This document shows positions 55,610 to 64,000 of a stretch of 64,000 nt of DNA, one piece after another. The notes below the pieces were generated by a model. It did not search any database, was not told where the DNA came from, and saw only the letters and a program-made list of their open reading frames with translations. The stretch covers positions 2,688,001-2,752,000 of the forward strand of contig OY771587.1 in NCBI GenBank assembly GCA_963674825.1. Direction: 5' to 3'. Position numbers and translations under genes: made by a program. Origin of the DNA: Candidatus Cloacimonadales bacterium (GTDB lineage: Bacteria > Cloacimonadota > Cloacimonadia > Cloacimonadales > JAIOQZ01). Position 1 is the stretch's first letter. Every line of letters starts with the position of its first letter.

Positions 55610-57135
55610 TATTTCTTTTTTGCTTTCCAGTTACGGCAGATTTTCTCAACTTCGCGGAAATTCACCTTACCGCTGGACATGAGCGGGATGTCCTGTATCA
55701 CATGGAAATCCTTCGGAATGGCAATAGAAGGAAGTTCCTTGGCCATCATCTTTTTAATGTGTCTAACGTTGATCTCTTCCGTCGTGACCACTGCCACGAT
55801 CTCGGAGCCTTTTACCGGATTCGGGACGTCCACAGCACAGCAAATGGTGCCTTCTGGCAGTAACTTTTCAAGAACCGTCTCGACCTTGACCAGCGACACC
55901 ATTTCACCGCCGATCTTCACAAAACGTTTGAGCCTGCCTCGGTGCCATAGATAACCATCGTTGTCAACCATACCCATATCGCCGGTTTCATACCAGCCGT
56001 TGTGAATGCGTAGCGAGGTTTCTTCGATGTCATGATAGTAACCCTTCATGACGTTGTCGCCCTTGACCATGATCTTGCCTTCTTTGCCGATCGGCAGTTC
56101 TTCGCTTGTCTCGCGATCGACGATCTTCACCTGCACGCTGGGAAGCGGTAATCCAACGCTGCCGGGCTTGTTTCGTCCGGGGAGATTGGTGGAGATAACC
56201 GGGCTCGTCTCGGTAGCGCCGTATCCTTCGCAAACCTCGAGGTTGTGCATGTGCAGATATTCATCGCGGATCTGACGGGTGAGTTTGTCAGCGCCTGCCA
56301 CCGCGATGCGGACCGTATCGAAATCACCTTTCTGGCTCTTCTTGAGGTAACCGTGGTAGAAGGTTGGTGTTCCCACCATGACCGTAACCTTGTTGTCACG
56401 GATCGAATCGCAGATCGACCGGTAGTCGAGCGGGTTGGCATGAGCGACGATGGTGTTGCCATGGGTAATGGGCAGCCACATATCGATGGTGAGACCGAAG
56501 ACGTGGAATAGTGGTAGATTTGCCAGGAAAATATCTTCAGGCATAATCCGGAGGATCTGATGCACGTCACCGAGGTTGGTGTTGATGTTCTTGTGAGAGA
56601 GCTCGACGGCCTTGGGATCTTTCTCGCTGCCGCTGGTGAAGAGGATCACGGCAGTGCTTTCCCTGCCGTCTTTTGGCAGCAACTTCTTTAAAACGGAGTA
56701 GGGGAGTTTCGCTTTCAAGGCAGCGGAGATTTTGTCCGCGAGGGTTACCTTCTTCAAGATATCCTCGATGAAGATCATGCCCTGCATCGGTGTGACACGA
56801 ATCGCTTCCAGCAGTTTGCGGCTGGTGATGATCGTATTGAAATTACATTTATTCCGGGCGTATTCACAGTTTTCTTTCGCGCCGGTGGAGTAGTTCAGCA
56901 TAACGGGAACCTTGTTCTCCATCAGAACGCCAAGGATCGACAGCATACATCCGGCGGATGTGGGCAGCATGATCCCGATGTGCGATTCGCGGAAGGATGA
57001 GACCTTTTTCGCCAGGATGAACGACGCGATCAACATTCTTTCGTATGTGAAGGTTTGTCCGGTGCCGATGTCTTTGACTGCGATGCGACTCGCGTGATTC
57101 TTCGCGGCCAGAATAAATGCGTGATGTAATAGCAT
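55609..57135 (-). CDS. AMP-binding enzyme, Aas C-terminal (acyl-ACP synthetase)-like, stand-alone
   Basis: LFTSGSEKDPK, LPLFHVFG, EGYGATETSP, GRLKRFVKIGGEMVSL, SGKVNF. Confidence 0.87.
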   Translation of the reverse strand: MLLHHAFILAAKNHASRIAVKDIGTGQTFTYERMLIASFILAKKVSSFRESHIGIMLPTSAGCMLSILGVLMENKVPVMLNYSTGAKENCEYARNKCNFNTIITSRKLLEAIRVTPMQGMIFIEDILKKVTLADKISAALKAKLPYSVLKKLLPKDGRESTAVILFTSGSEKDPKAVELSHKNINTNLGDVHQILRIMPEDIFLANLPLFHVFGLTIDMWLPITHGNTIVAHANPLDYRSICDSIRDNKVTVMVGTPTFYHGYLKKSQKGDFDTVRIAVAGADKLTRQIRDEYLHMHNLEVCEGYGATETSPVISTNLPGRNKPGSVGLPLPSVQVKIVDRETSEELPIGKEGKIMVKGDNVMKGYYHDIEETSLRIHNGWYETGDMGMVDNDGYLWHRGRLKRFVKIGGEMVSLVKVETVLEKLLPEGTICCAVDVPNPVKGSEIVAVVTTEEINVRHIKKMMAKELPSIAIPKDFHVIQDIPLMSSGKVNFREVEKICRNWKAKKK

Positions 57136-57158
57136 AAGCGATACTCCGGTTGTCAGAT

Positions 57159-57192
57159 AAAAATCAGGTTCGGACTGATGCGCCCGAACCTG
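57159..57192 (-). terminator. Probable arcC terminator
   Basis: caggttcgg...ccgaacctg stem with minus-strand ATTTTT. Confidence 0.55.
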
Positions 57193-57198
57193 TCAAAT

Positions 57199-58143
57199 TT
57201 ACGATGCAATAATCGTTCCCGTCTTACCTTCAAATGCGTCGAGGATTTTCTCGATCGATGTGATCAAGACCTCTTTTCCTCCGCGTTCGATGAAGCGTAT
57301 GGCGGCCTTGATTTTTGGCCCCATGCTTCCTTTCGGGAAATGTCCTTCTTCGCTGTATTGCTTTGCTTCCTGCAGGGTCATGCGGGAGAGCTCTTTTTGA
57401 TCCGGTTTGCCAAAATTGATGCAGACCTTCTCAACACCTGTGAGGATTACAAGCCGTTCCGCGCCGATCTTTTCTGCGAGTAGTGCGGATGCGTAATCTT
57501 TATCGATTACGGCGTCAAAACCTTCGTAGGTTCCGTCTTCCTGGACGTAATAGGGAATGCCGCCGCCACCGCATGCGATTACGATCTGGCCTTCATCGAC
57601 CAGTCGTTTGATCGTCGGTGCCTGAACGATGTCGATCGGCAATGGAGATGGGACCACCTGACGGTAGCCGCGTCCTGCATCTTCCACCATTGTCCAGCTA
57701 TATTCACGCTGCATGGTCTCAGCCTTCTCCTTGTCGAAGAATGGTCCGACCGGCTTGCTGGGATTCTTGATACTGGGATCGTCTCGATCAACCAGTACCT
57801 GCGAGAGGATGGTTATGACGTTACGTTCAATCTTGTTCTTGATGAAAAGGTTCTGTAAGGATTGCTCGATCATGTATCCCATCGTTCCTTCGGTTGCCGC
57901 ATTGAGCACACCAAGCGGAAGCGGTGCGATGTTTTTGTCCATGCCAGCGAGTTGCTGGATAAGCAGGTTTCCGACCTGCGGCCCATTACCGTGCGTGATT
58001 GCCAGTTTGTAACCCTGTCTGGCTAATTCGGCCATGACGGAGAGACTGGTTCTGGTGTTGGCGAACTGCTGCGTGATGGTTCCTTCCTGTCCCGCGGCGA
58101 TGATTGCGTTTCCGCCAAGTGCCACAACAGCTTTGCGATTCAT
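57199..58143 (-). CDS. arcC: Carbamate kinase
   Basis: VALGGNA, THGNGPQVG, PSKPVG, GGGGIP, AVIDKD, GSMGPK. Confidence 0.95.
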   Translation of the reverse strand: MNRKAVVALGGNAIIAAGQEGTITQQFANTRTSLSVMAELARQGYKLAITHGNGPQVGNLLIQQLAGMDKNIAPLPLGVLNAATEGTMGYMIEQSLQNLFIKNKIERNVITILSQVLVDRDDPSIKNPSKPVGPFFDKEKAETMQREYSWTMVEDAGRGYRQVVPSPLPIDIVQAPTIKRLVDEGQIVIACGGGGIPYYVQEDGTYEGFDAVIDKDYASALLAEKIGAERLVILTGVEKVCINFGKPDQKELSRMTLQEAKQYSEEGHFPKGSMGPKIKAAIRFIERGGKEVLITSIEKILDAFEGKTGTIIAS

Positions 58144-58492
58144 GTGTACCTCAACTTCCATTGTAAAAGAAATTGACCCGATCCTTCGATTGGGTCATCC
58201 GTTTCCAATATTTCCATATTCGTGTTAAAAGAGCGAACGTTAGGAAACATTCACCCACATTACCAGTTACCGTTAGTCTGGATAGGCTCTTAACGTCAAG
58301 CTTTTTGTCGGCACTTGTGTACCTGCAATCTCATTCCAACTGGCTCTCAGCGGGGAGAACACGGATGGAACAAAGCAAGAAAGATCAATTCATCAGCGGC
58401 CCAATACCGAATCATGTTCATTAACAGCAAGCAGCGTCAAGACGGCTTATCGCCGATGATTTATCGTGACACCATCAGAAACAGGAGGTATC

Positions 58493-58960
58493 ATGAAAGA
58501 GATTAAGATTCACCCCATCGGCATCGTACGAAGAAAAGACCGGCTCGTTATCGAGATTGACAAACCCTTTCGCCCGGCGATGAAAGCGCTGGGAAAATTC
58601 AGCCACGTAATCGTTCTCTGGTGGGCGCATGGCCTGGACACCGACGAATATCGACAGATGTTGCAGACCGATCCGCCCTATGCTCCAGGGCATCTTTGCG
58701 GTGTTTTTGCTACACGCGCGCCCTATCGTCCCAATCCCATCGGCATGAGTATATGCCCGATCGTAAGTGTGGATGAAGAAAACGGTGTGGTGGTCGTAAC
58801 CGATATCGACACAGTAGATGAGACGCCGGTTCTCGATCTGAAGGCGTATTTTCCGGTTTGCGATCGCGTGAAGAGTGCGCAAATCCCCGACTGGCTTTCC
58901 GACTGGCCTGAATGGATGCCAGAAGATGGTATTCCACTGGAGGAATACGGACAGGAATAA
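58493..58960 (+). CDS. TsaA/TrmO-like SAM-binding protein
   Basis: PIG, FSHVIVLWW, GVFATRAPYRPNPIG, TPVLDLK. Confidence 0.88.
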   Translation: MKEIKIHPIGIVRRKDRLVIEIDKPFRPAMKALGKFSHVIVLWWAHGLDTDEYRQMLQTDPPYAPGHLCGVFATRAPYRPNPIGMSICPIVSVDEENGVVVVTDIDTVDETPVLDLKAYFPVCDRVKSAQIPDWLSDWPEWMPEDGIPLEEYGQE

Positions 58961-58992
58961 TCATTTCGATGTTTCAAAATTGTCGTGAGTGT

Positions 58993-59050
58993 CCATCGGC
59001 TTCGTTTGGGTAATACGTTATCTGCTGTGTCATCTGGGCGGAGTCGAAGG
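58993..59050. repeat. Degenerate copy of the 42561-42638 REP-like doublet
   Basis: cgttatctgctgtgtcatctgggcggagtcgaagg matches cgttatctaccgtgtcatcctgagcggagtcgaagg; the left arm is decayed. Confidence 0.6.
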
Positions 59051-59167
59051 GCCACGGCACATTTTTGCAATCAATAGAAAAGTACCGGAAACCTCCTTTC
59101 TATAATTGCTTTCTTGACAATTTTTGCGGCTTGATTCAAACAAAACGAAAAAGTAATCGAGGTCGCA

Positions 59168-59500
59168 ATGCTGTGGTTTTATCTGCTGCTCCCGATCATA
59201 TTAATCGGCTATTTTGCGCTTAGGGTCATCTTTTATCGTTATCCGGTTAAGAAGCGTATTGAAATCCTGCACCGAGAGTATAAAAAATACCAGCTCATGT
59301 GGGCGATCGGTTTTGGGATTATCCTTCTGATCGCTGTTTATATCATCTGGGTTATTCTGCGTCTATCCGAGCGGATGTTTTGGGATGACTGGATTCTGCT
59401 TCCGGCGTTAACCCTAATTGTGCTCGTATTCTGGAACCGGCTCGATTTCATCTTCAATACCAAAGTCGAGAAAAAGCCACCGTTCTTCCTCAAGAAATAA
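59168..59500 (+). CDS. Small 3-TM membrane protein
   Basis: Three hydrophobic segments; gagg RBS; TTGACA upstream. Confidence 0.65.
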   Translation: MLWFYLLLPIILIGYFALRVIFYRYPVKKRIEILHREYKKYQLMWAIGFGIILLIAVYIIWVILRLSERMFWDDWILLPALTLIVLVFWNRLDFIFNTKVEKKPPFFLKK

Positions 59501-59508
59501 GGAGAGGC

Positions 59509-60567
59509 GTGATGTGGAGAGCCCGGAAAATTCATCATGCAAAGCTTGGATCTGTACCTGGAAGCCTGACCTATACCGGTGAAACAACCGGAGACGCAAC
59601 GCGCATCGAGCTGCTCTCGTACAACAAAGATCAATGCGATACGCAAGCGATCGATGATATTACTCAATGGCAACCGGTCTCGGGGAGGGTAAACTGGATC
59701 CGCGTTTTTAACTCGGGCAATGAATCGATTATTCAACAATTCGGTCAACGATTCGGGATTCACACCCTCCATCTGGAGGATATCCTACACACCGCGCAGT
59801 TCTGCCGCGTTTATGAAGAGAATAACTACGTCTTTGCGCTTCTGAGTCGCTACTTCATGGAAGGCGATCTGATGAAGAAAGAGCAGATTAGCCTCATCAT
59901 GACAGGCAGCACGGTTATTTCATTCCAGGAATCAGGTGACGAGCCCTTCCTCGAACCTCTGCGACGCAGGATCGTCGATGGCATGGGACGCATCCGGCAG
60001 CGTGGCGTTCACTACCTCTATTATTGCTTGATGGACCTGGTGCTCGATTACTATTTCCCACTACTGGAAGAGATTACGCTCAACCTCGAAAAGACGGAAA
60101 ATGAGGTGCTGGAGAGTCCTGACTCAAGTAACATCCGTAAGATATACGAATTCCGCTCGGATATTCTCGAGCTACGTAAGGATACACGCCATATTTACGA
60201 GATGATGAACCGGCTGGATAAGGAAATCCGGCTCAGTAATGGCACCGATCTCAGCATGTTTTATCATGATCTCTTCGAGCATGCCGTCATGATCCGCGAC
60301 TCGGTGGATGCACTGCGCGAGAGCATTACCAGCCTTATCGAGCTCTATATGTCCAACATTAGCAACAGGATGAACGAGGTAATGAAGACCCTGACGATCA
60401 TTTCGACCATCTTCATCCCGCTCAGCTTCATTGTCGGGCTCTACGGCATGAACTTCAAGTACATGCCGGAGCTGGAATTCCATTGGGGCTATCCGGTAGT
60501 GCTCGGTATTTTAGTGGCAATCGTTGTGGTGATGATTGCATTTTTCAAACGTAAAAAGTGGCTCTGA
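59509..60567 (+). CDS. corA: Magnesium/cobalt transporter CorA
   Basis: GIHTLHLEDI, MNEVMKTLT, YGMNF..MPEL. Confidence 0.95.
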   Translation: MMWRARKIHHAKLGSVPGSLTYTGETTGDATRIELLSYNKDQCDTQAIDDITQWQPVSGRVNWIRVFNSGNESIIQQFGQRFGIHTLHLEDILHTAQFCRVYEENNYVFALLSRYFMEGDLMKKEQISLIMTGSTVISFQESGDEPFLEPLRRRIVDGMGRIRQRGVHYLYYCLMDLVLDYYFPLLEEITLNLEKTENEVLESPDSSNIRKIYEFRSDILELRKDTRHIYEMMNRLDKEIRLSNGTDLSMFYHDLFEHAVMIRDSVDALRESITSLIELYMSNISNRMNEVMKTLTIISTIFIPLSFIVGLYGMNFKYMPELEFHWGYPVVLGILVAIVVVMIAFFKRKKWL

Positions 60568-60590
60568 TAAATCAATGAAAGAAGAAAAAA

Positions 60591-61235
60591 ATGATCGAAA
60601 TTATACTGGATAAACTCTATCATGGCGAGCGGACACTTCTGCGGAACGTCCGGCTCGAAATCCCCGAAGGCGGCAAGGTCGTGCTCAGTGGTGAGACCGG
60701 ATCGGGAAAGACCTCGTTGATGCACACGCTTAATCGAATGAATATGGGTTGGGACGGCAAGGTGAGATTCAAGGGTGAGGATATCCGCGACTTGAACCCC
60801 ATGGAACTCCGCCATCGCGTTATCGAAGTGATGCAGGAGCCATTCCTAGGCAGGGGGAAGGTACGAGAGGCAATCCGTATTCCATTCCAGTTCAAAATCA
60901 ATCGCAGCCGCGAAATCGATCCCGACCGACTAAAGCTTTTACTGCATTCGTTCTCTCTGCAGGAATCGATATTGGACCAGTCGGTGGATAAGCTCAGCGG
61001 TGGCGAGAAGCAGCGTATAGCGATGGTGCGTGCGATGATGCTGAATCCGGAGGTGTTGCTTCTCGACGAACCTTCTTCAGCGCTGGATCGTGAGATATCG
61101 AAGAGGGTACTTGATTTCATGCTGAACAAATGCTCAGCATCTGTTCTCTGCATCAGCCACGATCCCGTATGGCAGGACGCGTTCCCGCTACACTACGCCA
61201 TCGAAGGCGATATACTGGTGAAGGTAAAGGGGTGA
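60591..61235 (+). CDS. ABC ATP-binding protein (FetA/YbbL-like)
   Basis: GETGSGKT, LSGGEKQR, LLLDEP; paired with a FetB-like permease. Confidence 0.85.
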   Translation: MIEIILDKLYHGERTLLRNVRLEIPEGGKVVLSGETGSGKTSLMHTLNRMNMGWDGKVRFKGEDIRDLNPMELRHRVIEVMQEPFLGRGKVREAIRIPFQFKINRSREIDPDRLKLLLHSFSLQESILDQSVDKLSGGEKQRIAMVRAMMLNPEVLLLDEPSSALDREISKRVLDFMLNKCSASVLCISHDPVWQDAFPLHYAIEGDILVKVKG

Positions 61236-61237
61236 GC

Positions 61238-62029
61238 ATGGATATCCAATGGCTTGGACTCGCGCTAAGTGCGCTGCTGTTGATCATACCGATCGTTGTT
61301 TCAAGATACAAAAAGCTGGACCTCGTCAAGCCGCTTCTGAAGGCAATCACTCGTATGGTGGTGCAGCTAGCCATGATCGGCCTGGTGCTGGAATACCTCT
61401 TCAAGTGGAATACTCCCGTCTCGACATTTGGTTGGATGCTGATCATGATTGGCGCGGCGGTACACACCATCATCTCGAGACTGGATATCAAATGGCGATT
61501 CATGCTACCGGTAGTAATCTTTCCGCTGCTGGCCTCGACACTGGTTGTCATGCCGTTCGTGATCTTCGTCATCGTGCGGCCGCAACCCTTCCTGGATGCG
61601 CGCTTTATAATCCCCATCTACGGTATGGTGCTGGGTAATAGCATGAACAGCACTGCGCTTGCTCTGGAGCGTTTTCACAGTGATATCAAGAGCAGCTGGA
61701 AGGAATACTATACTTATATTGCTATGGGGGCTTCACCAAGGGAGGCGACGTTCAGTTTCTGCCAGAAGGCGATCAAGATGTCGCTCATGCCACGCATCAT
61801 GAACGTATCTTCCATGGGTATCATTGCGCTACCGGGAATGATGAGCGGACAGATTCTCAGCGGGGCCAGTCCTGCAACGGCAATAAAATACCAGATCATG
61901 ATCATGATTGCGATCATTGCCGCAGTTACGCTGACTGTTTTTCTTTCGCTTCGGCTCTTCACCGCGAGGATGTTCGACCGTGACTATTTACCTCTCCCAG
62001 AAGTGCTGGATCCGGAAGATCGGGATTAG
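61238..62029 (+). CDS. FetB/YbbM (UPF0014) ABC permease
   Basis: RMVVQL, IPIYGMVLGNSM, GIIALPGMMSGQILSG.SP..AIKYQ. Confidence 0.88.
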   Translation: MDIQWLGLALSALLLIIPIVVSRYKKLDLVKPLLKAITRMVVQLAMIGLVLEYLFKWNTPVSTFGWMLIMIGAAVHTIISRLDIKWRFMLPVVIFPLLASTLVVMPFVIFVIVRPQPFLDARFIIPIYGMVLGNSMNSTALALERFHSDIKSSWKEYYTYIAMGASPREATFSFCQKAIKMSLMPRIMNVSSMGIIALPGMMSGQILSGASPATAIKYQIMIMIAIIAAVTLTVFLSLRLFTARMFDRDYLPLPEVLDPEDRD

Positions 62030-62225
62030 AACGAGCAATTGCAAAAAATCGACCCTATATCAACGTACTCGCGAGTTTATTGAGTTCTAATTCAGTTATA
62101 GCGTGGGTCGAGGTTATTTAATTATAAGGTTATAGAGAATCAAACAAATTCATTGACACTATAGACGTACCCCGAATCTTTGCATCGAACTGAGAGGTTC
62201 GTGTTTCATTAGAAGGAGGTTATAC

Positions 62226-63473
62226 ATGGCGAAAATACGTCCATTCCGAGGTCTTCGACCTGTCCCGGAAAAAGCGAAGGAAGTTGCTTCTCTACCATAT
62301 GATGTGATCAATTCCGCTGAAGCACGCGAGATGGCGAAGGGAAAACCTCACACATTTCTGCATGTTGTAAAGCCCGAGATTGATCTACCGGAAGATGTAG
62401 ATCTCTATGACGATATAGTTTACCAGAAAGGCAAAGAAAATCTCCAGAAGCTCATTCAGGACAAGGTTCTGGTTCAGGATGCAAAGCCTTCCATGTACCT
62501 GTATCAGCAGGCGATGGGATACCATAAGCAGATTGGTCTGGTGGCTTGTGCCTCCGTTGAAGATTACGAAAACAACATTATCAAGAAACATGAGCACACT
62601 CGCGCGGACAAGGAAGCAGACCGTATCCGCCACGTGGACACGCAAAACGCGAACGCCGGCCCGATCTTCCTCACCTATCGTGCACAAGATGAGATGAATA
62701 AGATCGTTGCCGATTATAAAGAAAACCATCAGCCTGTTTACGATTTCGTAGCTGAAGACGGCATCTGGCACACTCTGTGGGTGATTGAAGACGACGCGCT
62801 TCTGGTGAAAATCGAGAAATTGTTCGGCGAGATGGACGCTCTCTATGTTGCCGACGGGCATCACCGTTCGGCATCCGCCGCGAAAGTAGGTGCGAAACGC
62901 CGTGAGGCCAATCCAAACCACACCGGCGATGAAGAATACAACTTTTTCCTGGCTGTGCTTTTCCCGCACGACCAGCTCTATATCATGGATTATAATCGCG
63001 TCGTGAAAGACCTCAACGGTAACACACAGGAAGAATTCATCGGTAAAGTCAAAGAGAAATTCCAGATCGAACCGCTGGAAGCGAACGGTGGCTTCAGCCC
63101 CGAGCACGCGCATGAATTCGGAATGTATATGAACCGTAAGTGGTACAAACTCACCGCGAAACCCGGAACCTTCGATGCGAAAGATCCCGTCGGTTCGCTG
63201 GATGTCTCCATCCTTCAGGAAAACCTTCTTTCTCCGATCCTGGGAATCGAAGATCCGCGCAAAGACAAGCGTATCGATTTTGTCGGCGGTATCCGCGGAC
63301 TGGAAGAGCTGCGCAGACGCGTGGACGCAGGCGAAGCCGTTGCATTCGCAATGTGCCCGACCTCCATCGAAGAACTCATGTCGATCGCCGATACCGGCAA
63401 CGTCATGCCACCGAAATCGACCTGGTTTGAGCCCAAGCTGCGCTCGGGAATCGTGGTGCATCTGCTCGACTAA
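62226..63473 (+). CDS. DUF1015 family protein
   Basis: IRPFRG, LPYDV, KKHEHT, ADGHHR, MPPKSTWFEPK. Confidence 0.9.
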   Translation: MAKIRPFRGLRPVPEKAKEVASLPYDVINSAEAREMAKGKPHTFLHVVKPEIDLPEDVDLYDDIVYQKGKENLQKLIQDKVLVQDAKPSMYLYQQAMGYHKQIGLVACASVEDYENNIIKKHEHTRADKEADRIRHVDTQNANAGPIFLTYRAQDEMNKIVADYKENHQPVYDFVAEDGIWHTLWVIEDDALLVKIEKLFGEMDALYVADGHHRSASAAKVGAKRREANPNHTGDEEYNFFLAVLFPHDQLYIMDYNRVVKDLNGNTQEEFIGKVKEKFQIEPLEANGGFSPEHAHEFGMYMNRKWYKLTAKPGTFDAKDPVGSLDVSILQENLLSPILGIEDPRKDKRIDFVGGIRGLEELRRRVDAGEAVAFAMCPTSIEELMSIADTGNVMPPKSTWFEPKLRSGIVVHLLD

Positions 63474-63551
63474 TTCGATGATCTATAACGCAAACGCTAT
63501 TCACGAGGGCTCCTGATTCACATCGGGAGCCTTCTTACAATCAGGCAGATT

Positions 63552-64000
63552 ATGAAACGTACGTTGAGACTACCGGACAATCCCACGTTTGTCGTGTTCC
63601 GCAATTCGGCCCTGGGTAACGCCATTATGGACAGCCCTATCTTTCCGTGGCTTCGATCGCAGTGGAATGGCGCGAAGATCGTGGCGATATTCGATCCGGT
63701 CAGCGCGGAGCTCTTCAAAGAAGAACCCTCAATCGACCGCATCATCGTTCTGCCCAATAAACCATCCAAGGCGGAGCTTTTCAAGCTACGTCCGATCATC
63801 GCAGCGCTCGAGCCGGATGTCTCCATTCATCTCAAGACCGGTGTTCGTTACGAACTGCTGGCGCTTTTTTCCGGGTGTCGTTATCGCGTCGGATTCAAGC
63901 TCAAGGGTTCGATCCAGTACCTCACACATCGCGTTAAACGGCCTTCAGACTCGCATGCTCGCTATTTTGCCCAGGCACTTGCCGGTGTACTGAAGCCTGA
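63552..64000 (+). CDS. GT9 (heptosyltransferase-like) glycosyltransferase, 3' truncated by the window edge
   Basis: Absent from the ORF track; reads MKRTLRLPDNPTFVVFRNSALGNAIMDSP...PSIDRII...YRVGF and stays open to base 64000. Confidence 0.75.
   Translation, partial: MKRTLRLPDNPTFVVFRNSALGNAIMDSPIFPWLRSQWNGAKIVAIFDPVSAELFKEEPSIDRIIVLPNKPSKAELFKLRPIIAALEPDVSIHLKTGVRYELLALFSGCRYRVGFKLKGSIQYLTHRVKRPSDSHARYFAQALAGVLKP

Noticed and set aside
63589..63993. 134-aa ORF in the ORF track
   Set aside because: Wrong frame; the GT9-like frame starting at 63552 is the real gene.
1..64000. Selenoprotein targets (Cys codon plus SECIS, or in-frame TGA) within the window
   Set aside because: No gene here belongs to a family I recognise as a typical selenoprotein, and the cognate SECIS model is unknown, so none can be supported by eye.

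Overview
A 64 kb, mostly housekeeping chromosomal segment of an anaerobic diderm bacterium. It is probably Candidatus Cloacimonadota, inferred from two secreted proteins ending in YPNPFNP/FPNPFNP FlgD-Ig sorting domains, TPR-type histidine kinases and a 12-bp-type tRNA-Sec. In order it holds: a Zur-like regulator with znuA-znuC and no adjacent permease; a tightly coupled 10-gene minus-strand surface-glycan modification operon (MaoC dehydratase, CitE-like lyase, CoA ligase, NadA, flippase-like protein, GT2, acyltransferase, WbqC, WecE-like aminotransferase, polytopic membrane protein); a selC-selA-selB locus; a GNAT; a 1196-aa multi-CBM secreted protein; leuS; an M16 peptidase; rimO; xerD; several sensor kinases; FapA; psuG; nfeD-SPFH; a small accessory patch with REP-like repeats and an orphan nucleotidyltransferase; sucCD with a split class I fumarase; pfkA; arcC; corA; fetAB; DUF1015; and a partial GT9. 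The most striking feature is a tRNA gene directly upstream of selA, hidden under the ORF track's over-extended selA call. It has tRNA-Sec architecture and G73 but a cysteine anticodon (GCA), a 7/5 fold and a C1:A72 mismatch, which implies selenocysteine insertion at Cys codons. The second highlight is a divergent NadA translationally coupled inside the glycan operon. All calls come from reading sequence motifs by eye; no searches were run.
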